A stretch of DNA of 64,000 nucleotides from Eledone cirrhosa (GCA_964016885.1 OZ024749.1:22692001-22756000); one strand, 5' to 3'. Positions 25,349 through 40,028 are shown, numbered from the stretch's first letter. A program made the numbers and translations. Notes: generated by a model from the sequence alone, not told the origin.

Positions 25349-27254
25349 ATGGATGTCTCAGAGTCACTCCTACCTCACAATCTAACACCTCACACCGACA
25401 CCCCCATTGTAAATATTGCTACGTTTGCCAACACTGGAAATGTAAGCAGTACCAATATTTTAAATTTGTCTCAAGCAGACGTTCATTTCCTGCCATTACC
25501 ACTGACTGCAGGTGTTAAAGCCGCCACCACCACCACCACCACCACAGCGACAACAGAAACAAAAGAAAAAAAAAAATTAACTCCTGATATCGAAATGAAT
25601 TCAACCAAAATGAACTCTTCCCCACCGAACACCACTGACGCCACCACCACCAAAACTGAAACTAAAATTAACAATAGCAAAAATAACGATAACAACAACA
25701 GCAACAATGAAATTAAGAAAACTACCCTGAGTTTTGCCAGAGTAGCAAAAACGTGCGAAGCGATCCAGGTAACTCAGGAGGAATTAGAGGAAGCCAAAGG
25801 AAGGGTAAAGAAAGATGGGTACAGGGTCACCCCCCTCCACCCACATACCTAATAAAATGGAGCAACGTCGCCTATGCACCGTGTCTTATCGGACAATAAA
25901 CATAAAATCGCGCCGAGTGGAACGGGCATCTGAGTCCCAAATCCAAAAAGCTTTGGGACATGTGTGGGCAAAAAAACCTCACATCAGACGTGGCCAGAAG
26001 TATGGAACGTGGACGTGTTCTTTGAAACACCATAGGAGGCCAGAGAACACTCCATGGCCCCATTAAGAAGTGACGACTTCACACTAGTCCCAAGTTATTT
26101 GTAGCCAGAGACTTGTGAAGATCAGGGTGACCCACGTTCCACCGGCCATCGAAATCCCCTGGCTAATGGCTGCCCTCTTCAGCGGCATCGAGGCCAACAC
26201 CAAAATAATAGAAATAGCAAAAGAAAAGCAGGAGAACTGGTCCGGATCTGGGATGGAGCTCCTGATCCAAGCGGACCATAAAAGCATTGAGGAGATCCCA
26301 GAGGTAATAGAACTCACTGACGGCAGTCACCTCACCGTAATCGTCGAGGGCAGAAGACCTAGGTGTGTCGTTTGTGGTGAAGGAACCCACCTAAGGGCTT
26401 TCTGCCCTCAGGCTAAAAGGTTGAGGCCACCTCTCTTACCCACCCCAGTGACTCAACCATCAACACCACCAGCAGCAGAAATGGCAGCAACAACTGTAGC
26501 AGCAACAACAGAAGCAAATGTAACAGCAACAACCCCAGCAACAGTAGCAAAACCAACACCACCAGAACTAGCACCAGCGCCTACACCATCCACCACGCCA
26601 CTACCAAAACCAACGCCTGTGGAGGATTTTCCACTCCCCGGCCTATCACAACTGGAGACATATTGTGACGACGAGGAGTGGGAAACGGTAACAGGAAAAA
26701 AGAAAAAAAAAAGAAACAAAACAAGAAACAATTCTCTTCCTTCCCCCTCCAAAAACAAAATACAGAGGGAAACAAATAAATTAACAAACAAAAAAGTTAG
26801 GACAGATATCACACCATCCACACCAGCATCACCAACCCCATCACCACAAACACCGACACCATCACCATCATTAACCCCAACACCACAAAAGTCACCAAAA
26901 AGCTTAACAGAAACAAACCCACAACAAACGCAAACAAAACAAAACAACCAAAACGATAGACACTACACAGCATTAAATTTGAACAACAACCAATTATTAC
27001 ACTACATGCAACACAACACCAGCATCACAGAAAAAGACGACACAACAACTCAAAAGTTCACACCACCTCCACACATACAAATCACTCGCATCACACAGAA
27101 AACGTACACGACACTAAAACAAAAATTCCCCAAAGACATCGGAGACTTCCGACAAAAACTCTCCAGGAGGATTAATAAGGACATCCTTCCGGAGGAGGCC
27201 ACAAGCAGTGAAAAGGATGGACAAACCATCCTTCCTCTACGAGAAGTAAGGTAA
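25349..27254 (+). pseudogene. Tx1-like ORF1 (gag-like CCHC, Pro/Thr- and Lys-rich), frameshifted
   Basis: CVVCGEGTHLRAFC knuckle. Split across ORFs starting at 25349, 25815 and 26115. Confidence 0.8.
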
Positions 27255-27288
27255 GTGGTCTTTCCCATCTTATCCACTCCATTTCAAC

Positions 27289-29260
27289 ATGACCTCTCTC
27301 AGAATAGGCAGCATAAATGCGCGTGGCTTGGGGTCGTCATGGAAGCAGGGCCACCTGCTCAACAACCTCAGGTCACTAAACATAGATGTAGTGGCCATCA
27401 GCGAGACCAGAATCTCCGAAGCACGGGCCTTCGCACCGATCTTCGGCGGCTACGATGTGTACGCATCTCCCAGCCGTCCGGAATCGGGGGGAGGAGATGC
27501 TGTGCTTTTTCGGAAGGTTTGGATCTCGCCATACGGGCCATCTTCCTGGACCCAGAAGGTAAGTTGGTGGTGCTAGACGTGATCAGCGGAGACGGGCAAA
27601 CTTTCAGGCTAGTGGCCGTCTAAGCCCCGACAGGAGCAGGGCGGCCTGATTTCTTCCGGCGTCTGGAGAACTTTCTTGGAACGTCCCGCTCTTTAGTGTT
27701 AGTGGGCGACTGGAACGGGATCTTAGATGAACGCTGGGAATGTGTGGGATTAGCGGATAGGGGGGGAGGGTGCAAGAGCCTCACCAACCTGCTCAGGCGT
27801 TTTGAACTGTCTGACAGGTACCGATTGGATTTCCCGAATGTGCCAATGTCGACTTGGGCAAATCGCATAGGGTCATCCAGATGATATCTAGATAGAGTAG
27901 TTTGTAGAGAAATAGATAGGTCTAGAATAGGCTGTTCACAATTCAAGATAGTCAGCTACACGGACCACATATTCGTGATCTGTGTGCTTGAGTTAGATAG
28001 GCTTCATAGACGAGGACCCGGCTACTGGAAGCTAAACGCATCCTTACCAGCGCGCAAGGCCTACAGAGACCGGATTAGCGAATTGTTAAGCGGGCGTTGA
28101 CGGGGGCCATCGTCAACAACAAGTGGTGGTTTGCTCTGAAAAGAGCAATTAGAATAGAGTCCATTAGGTTAAGCAATAGAGAAAAATAGAACAGAGGGAG
28201 AATTAGTCAGAAAATTAGACGAGGCGCTTAGCAAAGGCATCGCGACCGACGTACTTGCGGCGAAATTGGCCCTTGACCAATTCTTCAATGCAAAAGCACG
28301 AAGGCTGCGTTGTCAGAGCTAGGGTGCGTGCTCTCACACACGAGGGGACGAAAGCCGTTCAATGGGCCAGAGTGGCGGAGGCGCGTCGTGGCAACAAAGC
28401 CACGATCCGGTCTTTGGTGGACCACGACGGGCGCATGCTACTCGATCCCGGGCAAATGTGTGAAGCTTTTCAGCAACACTTCGCTCAGTTGTTCGGGGGC
28501 AGCGGCGGGCCGGATCGAGGGATGGACTTTAGTGTCTACCTCGACGGACTACCGCGGCTCTCGGCCACTGAGGCGGAGTATTGCGAAAAACGATAACAGC
28601 CGCTGAAGTACGGGAGGCAATGACTAGCTGCACAAGGGGTAAATCGCCTGGTTTGGATGGTCTGCCCTATGAACTTTACGTACAGATACCACACTTGTTC
28701 GGAGGCCTCTTGGTGGACGTCTACTGCAACTGGCAACAGAACGGGAGAATTCCCAGCTCTGTGAGCCGTGGAGCTGTGGTGCTGCTGAGAAAGGATCCGA
28801 ACAAGGGGGATAACATAGATAATTTTAGGCCCATAACTCTGCTAAACACAGAGTTCAAGATTTCGGCCAAGGTGCTAGCAAAGAGGTTGGCGCTTGTCGT
28901 TGGTGGTCTGGTGGGAGAGGCGCAGACATGCGCCATTCCCGACAGATCCATCCATGACAACTTCCACCTCATGCGATACATCGTAGAGAGGGTAGCTAGG
29001 GAACCTGGCACGGGTGGGTCCTTGATCAATTTAGATCAGTCGAAAGCTTTCGATAGGGTCGACCATCGTTACCTAGCGGCAGTCCTGAGGGCGGCTGGCT
29101 TTGCGCCCGTCTTCAGAGGATGGATCGTTTCCATGCACATCGACATCTGCTCTGTGGTGAGAGTGAAGGGAAGTGCTCTCTTCCCAGCATTTTGTTGAAA
29201 GATGGGTGAGAGAGGCAAGAATGTCCCGAGTGAATGGGCCTAATCTGAGTATGTGTCTGT
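27289..29260 (+). pseudogene. Tx1-like ORF2 (APE + 5' RT), disrupted and deleted
   Basis: SINARGL, ISET, VGDWNG, YTDH, KSPGLDGLPYELY, NFRPITLLN, LDQSKAFDRVDH. Jumps to the C-terminus at about 29170. Confidence 0.9.
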
Positions 29261-29576
29261 AAATTAAAGGTGGAAAACTGGGAGAGGGCACTTGCCCTGG
29301 TGGTCAGGGTCACTCTGGCTTTTTAATGGGCTTTCTCCACCACTGTCACTCGGAAGTCTCCCCACCTATTGGGGAATTTTTCATTGTTATTTTTATTACA
29401 TCCACTGTTTTTTTACACGCAGATATGCCCATTTGTACCTTCCTGTATTGTCCTGTACTGTCCTTAATGTCTACTTTATGTAAACCCTTGTGGTTAATAA
29501 AGAAAACATTATTATTATTATTATTATTACTTTATGTAAACCCTTGTGGTTAATAAAGAAATCATTATTATTATTG

Positions 29577-29612
<36 letters not shown>

Positions 29613-29751
29613 ACATTGTTTATCACTTTATCCTTCAATTTTAGTTCTTCACGATCCTGCCAGACACGCACACACACAGAGACAAAAACAGTCACACACA
29701 CACATATATACGCCATTTCTGATTTAGAGCAGTATATGTTTTCTATTTACC

Positions 29752-29956
<205 letters not shown>

Positions 29957-29971
29957 CATATAAACATATGC

Positions 29972-30014
<43 letters not shown>

Positions 30015-30065
30015 CATAAATACATACATATACACACAAATATATATATATTTTCATACATACAT

Positions 30066-30098
<33 letters not shown>

Positions 30099-30259
30099 CA
30101 ATGAATTTATAAACAAATATTTCTACTGGAGTATTCTGTTAGCCTCATAAGAAAGAACAAAAAACATGAAATACCCTATAAAATAACATTTTCATAAAAA
30201 ATCTATATACACTCTACGACACCCTACACACACACACACACACTCACACACACACACAA

Positions 30260-30345
<86 letters not shown>

Positions 30346-30536
30346 CATTACAAAAGGAAAAAGAAGAAAGACATTACCATACAACAAATCTCTATTCTTT
30401 TTTCTGTCATTGTGTTGCTGGTTGCGTCTTTTTAAAATATTCTTCTTTGTCTGTGGTAAGAATCTTGTTTACATGCAGTATATTTTGATAATGATAATAA
30501 CAATAATAATAATAGTATTATTATTACAATAATAAT

Positions 30537-33500
30537 GTTTTCTTTATTAGCCACAAGGGTTTACATAAAGTAGACATTAAGGACAGTACAGGACAATACA
30601 GGGCGGTACAAATGGGCATTTCTGCGTGTAAAAAAAAGAAACAGAGGATGTAATAATAGAACAATGAAAAAATTCCCCAATGGGGGGGAGATTTCCGAGG
30701 CACAGTGGTGGAGAAAGCCCATTAAAAAGCCAGAGTGCTCTCTCCCAGTGTTCCACCTTTAATTTACAGACACATACTCAGAGTAGGCCCATTCACTCGG
30801 GCCTTTCTTGCCTCTCTCACCCATCTTTCAACAAAATGCTGGGAAGAGAGCACTTCCCTTTCTACCCTGATTTTCCTTTTCAAATGAAATTTGAAAAAGT
30901 TAATCACGGCATCACCGAAGAGGTAAGTGTACGTCTTCAGTCCTTTCAAACGTGTCCACCATACTATCTCTTTCGCCATGGCCACCAGACAGATAAAAAC
31001 TGCCTGCCCTCCCGGCTAAAGGAAGAGGGCGGGGCAATCTTCACGATGGACTCAGCTGATAGCTGGATCCGACCCACAAGCGACAGCAGGTGTTCGACAT
31101 AAACCCACAAGTCAGCAATGCTCGGACACTGGACGAGTGCGTGCAGGACGGTTTCGTCGCCCTGCACGCATCTCGAACATGCCCGGCTGACGGCACCTCC
31201 ATGCCTGTAGAGTTTATCCCAAACTGGCAAAGCTCCTCGGTAGCACTGCCAGGCCAGGGATTTCTGGAAGTTGTCCATAGACCCCGGCCCGAAAGTTCTT
31301 CCGAAAAGATTGGCTAGTTGATTTTCGTCGACGCCTAGAGTTTCCCCAGGTACGTCGTCTCTCATCCCCTCCACTAATCCTCTATAGAACGCCAAGGTGG
31401 AGTTTCCCACCGATCACATTGCTCGATTGGTCGAGGGATGTGAGCGCCTGAAGACATTCCAGTCTCCAAGCGCTCCCTCTCGGTCTTCGCTTGACCCAGG
31501 ACTGCAGCTCCGTCAAGGAGACGAGCTGGGGAAAGACGTGTCTAGAAAACGGAGACCACACCTGATCACCGTCGAGGAAGAGGTGGAGATGTCGTAGCCT
31601 GAGCGCGTGTCTGCGCATCATCAGCCATGGCATTCCCAGCCCTCCACGTAGCGGGTGTTGACAGCAGATGGACCGCCTGAACATCGGAGCGCGTCCCTTC
31701 CACAAAAAGCGTCGGGGTTAAACATTTTCCTATATATATATATTATTCAACTGAGGATATTCGATCCAGCGCAGTCAGGCGGGGCTTAGGACAAGGTACG
31801 ACGATCAGGCGGTAGTAGATGACGGACGCGATTTACGCGTTAGCCACCTCCGCTCGACCGTTCAGGGATAGCTTCCTCTCCGCCCATTTCTGGGTGAGAG
31901 AAGCCACCCTTCTCGTCACCTCGTCCCAGTTTTTGTCCGTCTGAAGATCCGGACCGAAACAGACCCCAAGCAATTTAATTGGTCCGTCCGTCCAGTGCCC
32001 GACGACGCTGTTGGACGGCATGGATCTGCCTCTCCAGGTGCCGAGCTGCAGGCCCACTGACTTTTCATGGTTGATCATTGCTCCTGTCACCGCTTCGTAT
32101 TCTCTTAGTGTAGTGCCGACCGCCTCGATGTGTTTGGCGTTCGACACTACTACGGTGACATCGTCCGCATATGCTGCCACGGATCTTCCGCATCCTAGTT
32201 TGCGCGGGACCCACCTCAACGTCTCCAGTTTGTACGGTAATGGCTCGAGAGTCAATACGTACAAGAGGGACGAGAGGGGACATCCTTGTTGAACTGAGCG
32301 CATGAGTTGAACGATTCTGAAAGGTGACCGTTCACTCTCACCAGAGCAGGTGTCGCTGTGCATGGCAGCGATCCAGCCTCTAAACCTAATGGACACTATT
32401 CTAATTGCTCTTTTCAGAGCAAACCACCACTTGTTGTTGACGATGGCCCCCGTCAACGCCCGCTTAACTAGTTCGCTAATCCGATCTCTGTAGGCCTTGC
32501 GCGCTGGTAAGGATGCGTTTAGCTTCCAGTAGCTGGGTCCTCGTCTACGAATTCTATCTAAGTTAAGTACACAGATCACGAATTTTTGGTCCGTGTAGCT
32601 GACTACCTTGAATTTTGGACAGCCTATGCTAGACCTATCTATTTCCCTACAAAATACTCTATCTAGATATGATCTGGATGACCTTATGCGATTTGTCCAA
32701 GTCCACATTGGCACATTCGGGAAATCCAATCGGTACCTGTCAGACAGTTCAAAACGCCTGAGCAGGTTGGTGATGCTCTTGCACCCTCCTCCCATATCCG
32801 CTAATCCCACACAGTCCCAGCGTTCATCTAAGATCCCGTTCCAGTCGCCCACTAACACTAAAGAGCGGGACGTTCCAAGAAAGGTCTCCAGACGCCGGAA
32901 GAAATCAGGCCGCCCTGCTCCTGTTGGGGCATAGACAGCTACTAGCCTGAAAGCTAGACCGTCTCCGCTGGTCACGTCTAGCACCACCAACTTACCTTCT
33001 GGGTCCAGGAAGATGGCCCGTATGGCGAGATCCAAATCTGTCCGAAAAAGCACAGCAACTCCTCCCCCCCCGATCCCGGACAGCTGGGAGATGCGTACAC
33101 ATCGTTGCCGCCGAAGATCGGTGCGAAGGCCCGTGCTTCGGAGATTCTGGTCTCGCTGATGGCCACTACAACTATGTTTAGTGAACTGAGGTCGTTGAGC
33201 AGGTGGCCTTGTTCCATGACGACTCCAAGCCACGCGAATTTATGCTGCCTATTCTAAGTGAGGTCATGTTGAAATGGAGTGGAAAAGATGGGAAAGACCA
33301 CTTACCTTACTTCTCGTAGAGGAAGGATGGTTTGTCCATCCTTTTCACTGCTTGTGGCCTCCTCCGGAAGGATGTCCTTATAAATCCTCCTGGAGAGTTT
33401 TTGTCGGAAGTCTCCGATGTCTTTGGGGAATTTTTGTTTTAGTGTCGTGTACGTTTTCTGTGTGATGCGAGTGATTTGTATGTGTGGAGGTGGTGTGAAC

Positions 33501-35173
33501 TTTTGGGTTGTTGAGTCGTCTTTTTCTGTGATGCTGGTGTTGTGTTGCATGTAGTGTAATAATTGGTTGTTGTTCAAATTTAATGCTGTGTAGTGTGTAT
33601 CGTTTTGGTTGTTTTGTTAAGTTTGCGTTTGTTGTGGGTTTGTTTCTGTTAAGCTTTTTGGTGACTTTTTTGGTGTTGGTGATGGTGGTGTTGGGGTTAA
33701 TAATGCTGATGGGGTTGGTGTTTGTGGTGATGGGGTTGGTGATGCTGGTGTGGATGGTGGCATATCTGTTTTAACTTTCTTGTTCGATAATTTATTTGTT
33801 TCCCTCTTTATTTTGTTTTTTGAGGGGGAAGGAAGAGGTTTTTTTCTTTTTTGGTTTCTTTTTTTTTTCTTTATTCCTGTTACCGTTTCCCACTCCTCGT
33901 CGTCACAATATGTCTCCAGTTGCGATAAGCCGGGGAGTGGAAAATCCTCCACAGGTGTTGGTTATGATTGTGGCGTGGTGGATGGTGTAGGCGCTGGTGC
34001 TAGTTCTGGTGGTGTTGGTTTTGCTACTGTTGCTGGGGTTGTTGTTGTTACAGTTGCTTCTGTTGTTGCTGCTACAGTTGTTGCTGCTATTTTTGCTGCT
34101 GGTGGTGTTGATGGTTGAGTCACTGGGGTGGGTAAGAGAGGTAGCCTCACCATTTTAGCCTGAGAGCAGAAAGTGGTGGGTTCCTTCACCACAAACGACA
34201 CACCTAGGTCTTCTGCCTTCGACGATTACGGTGAGGTGGCTGCCGTCAGTGAGGTCTATTACCTCTGGGATCTCCTCAATGCTTTTATGGTCCGCTTGGA
34301 TCAGGAGCTCCATCCCAGATCCGGACCAGTTCTCCTGCTTTTCTTTTGCTATTTCTATTATTTTGGTGTTGGCCTTCGATGCCGGCGAGGACGGCAGCCA
34401 TTAGCCAGGGAATTTCGATGGCCGGTGGAACGTGGGTCACTCTGATCTTCACAAATCTCTGGCCACAATAGCTTGGGATGAGTGTGAAGTCGTCACTTCT
34501 TAATGGGGCCATGGAGTGTTCTCTGGCCTCCTGTGGTGTTTCAAAGAACACGTCCACGGTTCCATACTTCTGCCCACGTCTGATGTGGGTTTTTTTGCCC
34601 ACACATGTCCCAAAGCTTTTGGGATTTGGGACTCAGATACCCGTTCCACTCGGCGCGATTTTATGTTTATTGTCCGATAAGACACGGTCCATAGGCGACG
34701 TTGCTCCATTTTATTAGGTGGGGTGGAAGGGGGGATGAGGCTGACCCTGTACCGATCTTTCTTTACCATTCGTAGGTGGTGGCGTCTTTAACACCTTCTG
34801 TCATTGGTAATGGCGAGAAATGAACGTCTGCCTGAGACAAATTTTAAATATTGCTACTGCTTACAATTCCAGCGTTGGCAAACGTAGCAATGTTTACAAT
34901 TGTGATGTTGGTGTGAGGTGTTGGATTTTGAGGAAGGAGTGAATCTGAGTCTTCCATTATTTTTTAAAGAAAACATTTTTGTTTGATAATTATAAAAAGT
35001 TTAAATTTTGGGCTCAAGGCCCCAATATTTTTGAGTGTCCTTTTCAGAAATCAATGTATGTGCACTTATATATAGTTAAAAATAAACATTTTCCATAAAT
35101 GGCAATTTTAAATAACTGAAAATAACAAACCTTTGTGGAGCTTAGGATGATACGATTTACTACGTAGGTCGCC
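30537..35173 (-). mobile_element. Tx1/L1-clade LINE copy 2, both termini present, different internal deletions
   Basis: VYAP, VGDWNG, QGCPLS, YADD, GGLGMP and CSRC..HALVQC. ORF1 fragments at 33302-34960. TAA tracts on both flanks. Confidence 0.92.
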
Positions 35174-35235
<62 letters not shown>

Positions 35236-35237
<2 letters not shown>

Positions 35238-38200
35238 GAACTGTTATGCAATGCTACCTGAAAAGTAACCCCAAGGAGAGGGGCTACAGGAGACGGATGC
35301 ATAACATCTGGAACGAGATTGGTTTATTTAAATTAGATGAACAAAAATTGGCCGGGCAGGCTCGGGTAATAAGAACTAATGGGTGGATAGGCGAGCTGGA
35401 ACTGGAGGAACTGAGCAGAGAGAATGGCTTGGAGATGGCGGGTGTAGTATGCCAGACAAGCGAGCCGGTGGGAAATGAAGGTGAAGAGGTCCTGAGAACG
35501 GAGGAACCACCCGAAGCAGACAATGATCTGAATACTGAGATAAATAATACCTGGAACAGAGATACGGCCACTGAGGAGATGAATGCTGACGGGCTAGGAC
35601 AAGATTCGGTTGACATCCTAAATTTAGTGGTAGATGAATTGAACAATGATAGTGGGAGACCTATGAACCTAAGATTTGTAGACAGGAAAAAGTTAAAAGA
35701 AACAACAGCTAAGGTAAACAAAGTCATCCCATACCTTGAGGCGAGGAGCCTTCACCAGTGCAACAATATCCTCAAAGCAACAGCAAATACGGTGAGGAAA
35801 CTACTTGGTATAAAAGCGAGAGGAAACAACAGACAAGAAAGAGCAGAGCCGTGGTGGAAGAAGCGACTGAGTGGGCAAATCAGGGAAATGAGAAATGACA
35901 TAGGAAAGCTTGAGTCACTACTGAATGGGACACTAAAAAACATAGGCACTAAAAATAGACTGGAAATAAAATACAAAACTAGGAGTAAAAAGCTAAATAT
36001 TATCATAGAGGAATTGAAGCAACGCATTGTAGCAAAGAGTGCCAAAATCAGGCGATACGAGAACAGAGTCAGTCAGTATAAACAGAACCGCATGTTCGAC
36101 AACAACCAGAAGATGCTGTTTGGACAGCTTGAGGGGAAAGAAAGAGGCAACGACTTGATCCCTGGGGCGGAACAAACTAAAACATTCTGGAGAGGAATAT
36201 GGGAGCAGGATGTTAGACACAATGCCCAGGCAGGGTGGATTGAGACAATACAGAGGGAGATCGGTGAGCAGGCACAACAACAGACTGATTTGAGTATCAC
36301 AGTTGAAACTCTTAAGGGGCAAGCCAAAAAACTAACCAACTGGAAATCACCAGGCCCAGATGGTGTGCAGGGGTATTGGATTAAACATTTAACATCCCTC
36401 CACCCGAAGCTGACGGCCATGTTCAATGACTGCTTGGTGTCGGATGAGGTGCCAGAGTGGTTGACAAAAGGTACCACAGTTCTGATAATGAAAGACCGAA
36501 TCAAGGGTAATGATGTTACCAACTATAGACCTATCACATGTCTGCCCGTAATGTGGAAACTGTTGACGAGCATTGTGTCTGAGGAAATCTACCATCACCT
36601 CCACACAAACAACTTGTTACCGGACGAACAGAAAGGATGCCGAAAGAAGTCACGTGGTACAAAGGACCAGTTGCTTATTGATAAGATGGTAATGGGGAAT
36701 TGCAGGAGGAGACACACTGATCTTGCCATGGGATGGATAGACTACAGAAAGGCATTTGACATGGTGCCTCATTCCTGGATCACCAAAAGCCTGGAGATCT
36801 TCAGGGTGGCAGATAACATCAGACAGTTGCTGGGCAGGAGTATGGGGTCCTAGTAGACAGAGCTGACATCAACTGGAGTATCCTTGGGAAGCGTGAAGAT
36901 CAAGAGAGGTATCTTCCAGGGAGATAGCCTGTCCCCTCTGTTGTTTGTCCTTGCCCCGATGCCCTTGACCATTATGCTGCGAAAAGTGAGAGCAGGATAC
37001 AAGTTGGGAAGGGGAGAGCTTACCATCAATCACCTCCTCTTCATGGACGATCTTAAGCTCTTCGGGAAAAGTGAGAAGGAGTTGGATGTGCTTGTTGACA
37101 CTGTCCGTATTTTCAGCAGTGATATATGTATGCAGTTTGGTATTGGTAAATGTGGAGTCATTGTGATGAAGAGGGGTAGGTTGAGCAGAAGTAACGGGAT
37201 CCAGATACCAACAGGTGAGATGATAAAGGAAATTGACTCTGAGGAAGGATACAAGTATCTGGGCGTTCTGGAGGCTGATGGCATAAAGAACAAAAAAATG
37301 AAGGAATTGTTAAGAACTGAATACATTCGGAGAGTAAGGAGCGTATTGAAGTCACATCTGAACAGCAGAAATGCCATAAGCGCAGTAAATTCCCGAGCTG
37401 TGTCTATTATTAGGTACAGTGCGGGAATTCTGAGATGGAATGTTGCTGAACAAAAAGAAATGGATAGGAAGACTAGGAAGCTATTGACTATCTACAACAT
37501 GTTCCACAAGAGGAGTGATGTCGATAGACTCTACCTAAGGAGATCTGAGGGTGGAAGAGGTCTTATCAGCATAGAGGACTGTGTTCAGATGGAGAAAAAC
37601 AACCTATACAAATACGTGGCCTATAGTAAGGAGCCAATGCTCAGAACTGTACTGAAGGAGGGGACAGTAGGCCAGGGGATGTCCAAGGAGGAAATAACAT
37701 CAAGGAGGAAGAGCAGCCTTAAGGGAAAATCCCTTCATAGTACCTTCTTTGAGAAAACTGAATTTAGAGATCCACAGACATGGAACTGGTTGAGAAGAGG
37801 AGACCTCAAAAAGGCTACAGAAGGAATGCTAATGGCTGCGCAGGAGCAGGCCCTCAAAACGAAGTGGTTGAAGCACCATATCTACAAGGAGGAGGCTAGC
37901 CCACTGTGCAGGATCTGTGGAGAGAGAGAGCAGACTGTGGCTCACATTGTGTCCGAGTGTAAGGGCTGGAGACACGATGTGATGGGCAGGGTGATCCACT
38001 GGCACCTGTGCAAAGTAAACAATCTACCACATTCTGAGAAATGGTATGAGCATAGGCCAGAGGCGGTGATGGAGAACAATCAGGTGAAGGTGCTGTGGGA
38101 TTTTAGGATACAGACGGACAAAAAACTGGAACACAATAGACCTGACCTGGTGGTTGTGGAGAAAGAAAAAAGATCGTGCCTGATTGTGGATGTGGCCTGC

Positions 38201-38531
38201 CCGTTCGACACGAGAGTGCAAGAGAAGGAGAGGGAGAAAATTAACCGATACCAGGACCTAAAGTGGGAGGTGAAAAGGATTTGGAACTGCCATGAAGTCA
38301 AAGTGATCCCGATTGTCATAGGCGCACTGGGGACTATCTCCAAAAGTTTCCAGGGATGGTTAAAGAAAATCGGCCCCTTCACGCTTTTTGGAACGCTTCA
38401 AAAGGCATGCTTGCTTGGAACAGCAAGAACCCTCCGATACGTCCTGAATATCTGAGGCTGCAGGTAGTGGCTTGATATTCAATCCAACGGACTTTCCAGT
38501 TAACCAACATCAATGACTGAGATTCAAGGAA
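35236..38531 (+). mobile_element. R4/Dong family B copy 2, 5'-truncated, defective
   Basis: Near-identical to 19527-22850. In-frame TAG TAG at 36851-36856 and a 24-bp deletion (HLSQTHYK). TAA tracts on both sides. Confidence 0.95.
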
Positions 38532-38565
38532 TAACAACAATAATAATAATAATAACAATAATAAT

Positions 38566-38915
38566 GATTTCTTTATTGGCCACAAGGTCTGACATCAAGA
38601 AAAACATTACAGACGGCACAGGACGGTACAGGACGGTACGATGTGGGTTTTGTGCGTGTAAATATTTTTATTATTTATATAAGAAAAGAAAAAAAAGGAC
38701 ATAGAAACATATATATATATATAAACAATAAAAATGAAAATTGAAACAATGAAAAATTCCCCAATAGGGGGGGGGAAACGTCCGAGGATTACTCGTTGCG
38801 AAAACCACACAAAAGACCACGGCCAGCCTGACCACCATGGCAAGCGCCCCCTCTCAATTTTTCCATCTCTCAAACTACAGACGTATATTCAGAGTGGTCC
38901 CGTTCACTCGGACCA
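38566..38915 (-). mobile_element. 3'-terminal fragment of a related Tx1 subfamily
   Basis: Aligns by eye with 29225-29507 (CGAGTGAA.GG.C..TCTGA.TAT..GTCTGTA; CCTTGTGG..AATAAAGAAATC). Confidence 0.8.
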
Positions 38916-39880
38916 TTCATTTATTCGTTCCCCTATACTACGAGCTGTCTCACCTATGTACACTATATTTTTGTTTCTACATTGTCCTTCAGTACATCTT
39001 ATGCTATACACTACATTTCTAGTTTTACAGTTAATATGGGGGATTATTTTACAGGTTATACGTTTCTTATCTATACATGAGGGTCTTTGGAACGGGCATG
39101 TCTTGCAATAAGTGATTTTACGGAGGTACCTGGTCTTTCTACTATCTTAATATTGAGTTTATGTTTATTTAGGACAATGTAGAAACAAAAATATAGTGTA
39201 CATAGGTGAGACAGCTCGTAGTATAGGGGAACAAATAAATGAACACTGGCGAGACCTTCAAGATAATAAAGACTCATCTGTGCTCTACCAACATGCTAAG
39301 ATAGAACACAGGGGTAGATTAGAGAACGTAGAAATAAAAATAGAATCCACACACAGAAAAGATGCAATGTTTAGGCAAATTACAGAGGCGGTAAGCATAA
39401 AAGAATTACAACCAAAATTAAATAGAAAATATGAGTGGAACAGCAACATCACAACTTACAATTAAGGACAAAATGAAAACACACACACACATAGAACAAA
39501 CAACCAACCAACAATAAATAAATAAATAAATAAACAAATAGATAAATGAACACAAACACACACAGACACCCGGATGTGGCGCATGCGCAAACTGAGCACA
39601 CAACACACACACATAAACAAAATGGCGTAGGATAGAAGAAAGGAAAGGCACAGAAACAAAGAAAGGAATCCCCAGTCACTGAAGAGGTCACAGAGTGTGT
39701 GACGAAAGGACTATGACTATATATAAACAACTATCTGGTTGTGGAACCAACCAACCAAACAGAAATTTATAAGTTTGTAGATTTGTAAATTTATAAATTT
39801 ATAAATATATAATAAATTGAAGTGAAAGCAACTGGTGCGTGTGTTTCTTATTGGCAACATGACCCTCCCAAAGTATAACA

Positions 39881-39883
<3 letters not shown>
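38916..39883 (+). mobile_element. Penelope-like element 3' fragment: GIY-YIG endonuclease + pseudo-LTR, with inverted 5' piece (38916-39170, minus)
   Basis: Minus piece encodes NCKTRNVVYSIRCTEGQCRNKNIVYIGETAR. Plus piece encodes YIGETARSIGEQINEH...ITEAVSIKELQPKLN. 38916-38988 is inverted at 39171-39243. Confidence 0.9.
39674..39718 (+). ncRNA. Minimal type I hammerhead ribozyme in the Penelope pseudo-LTR
   Basis: AGTCA-CTGAAGA-G-GTCACA(GAGTG)TGTGAC-GAAA-GGAC-TA-TGACT. Stems I and II pair. Confidence 0.75.
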
Positions 39884-39971
<88 letters not shown>

Positions 39972-40028
39972 GTTCGGATCTAGCTGTCGAAACGGCCGGA
40001 CCTCAGCCGTCGTGGTCCTGACTCTTTT

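Larger units (their letters stand above)
25134..29563 (+). mobile_element. Tx1/L1-clade LINE copy 1, both termini present, internally deleted, in (ATT)n
   Basis: Same 5' start (GGCGACCTACGTAG) and 3' end (CCCTTGTGGYTAATAAAGAAAAC) as 30537-35173. ORF1 plus APE-RT ORF2. Confidence 0.92.
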
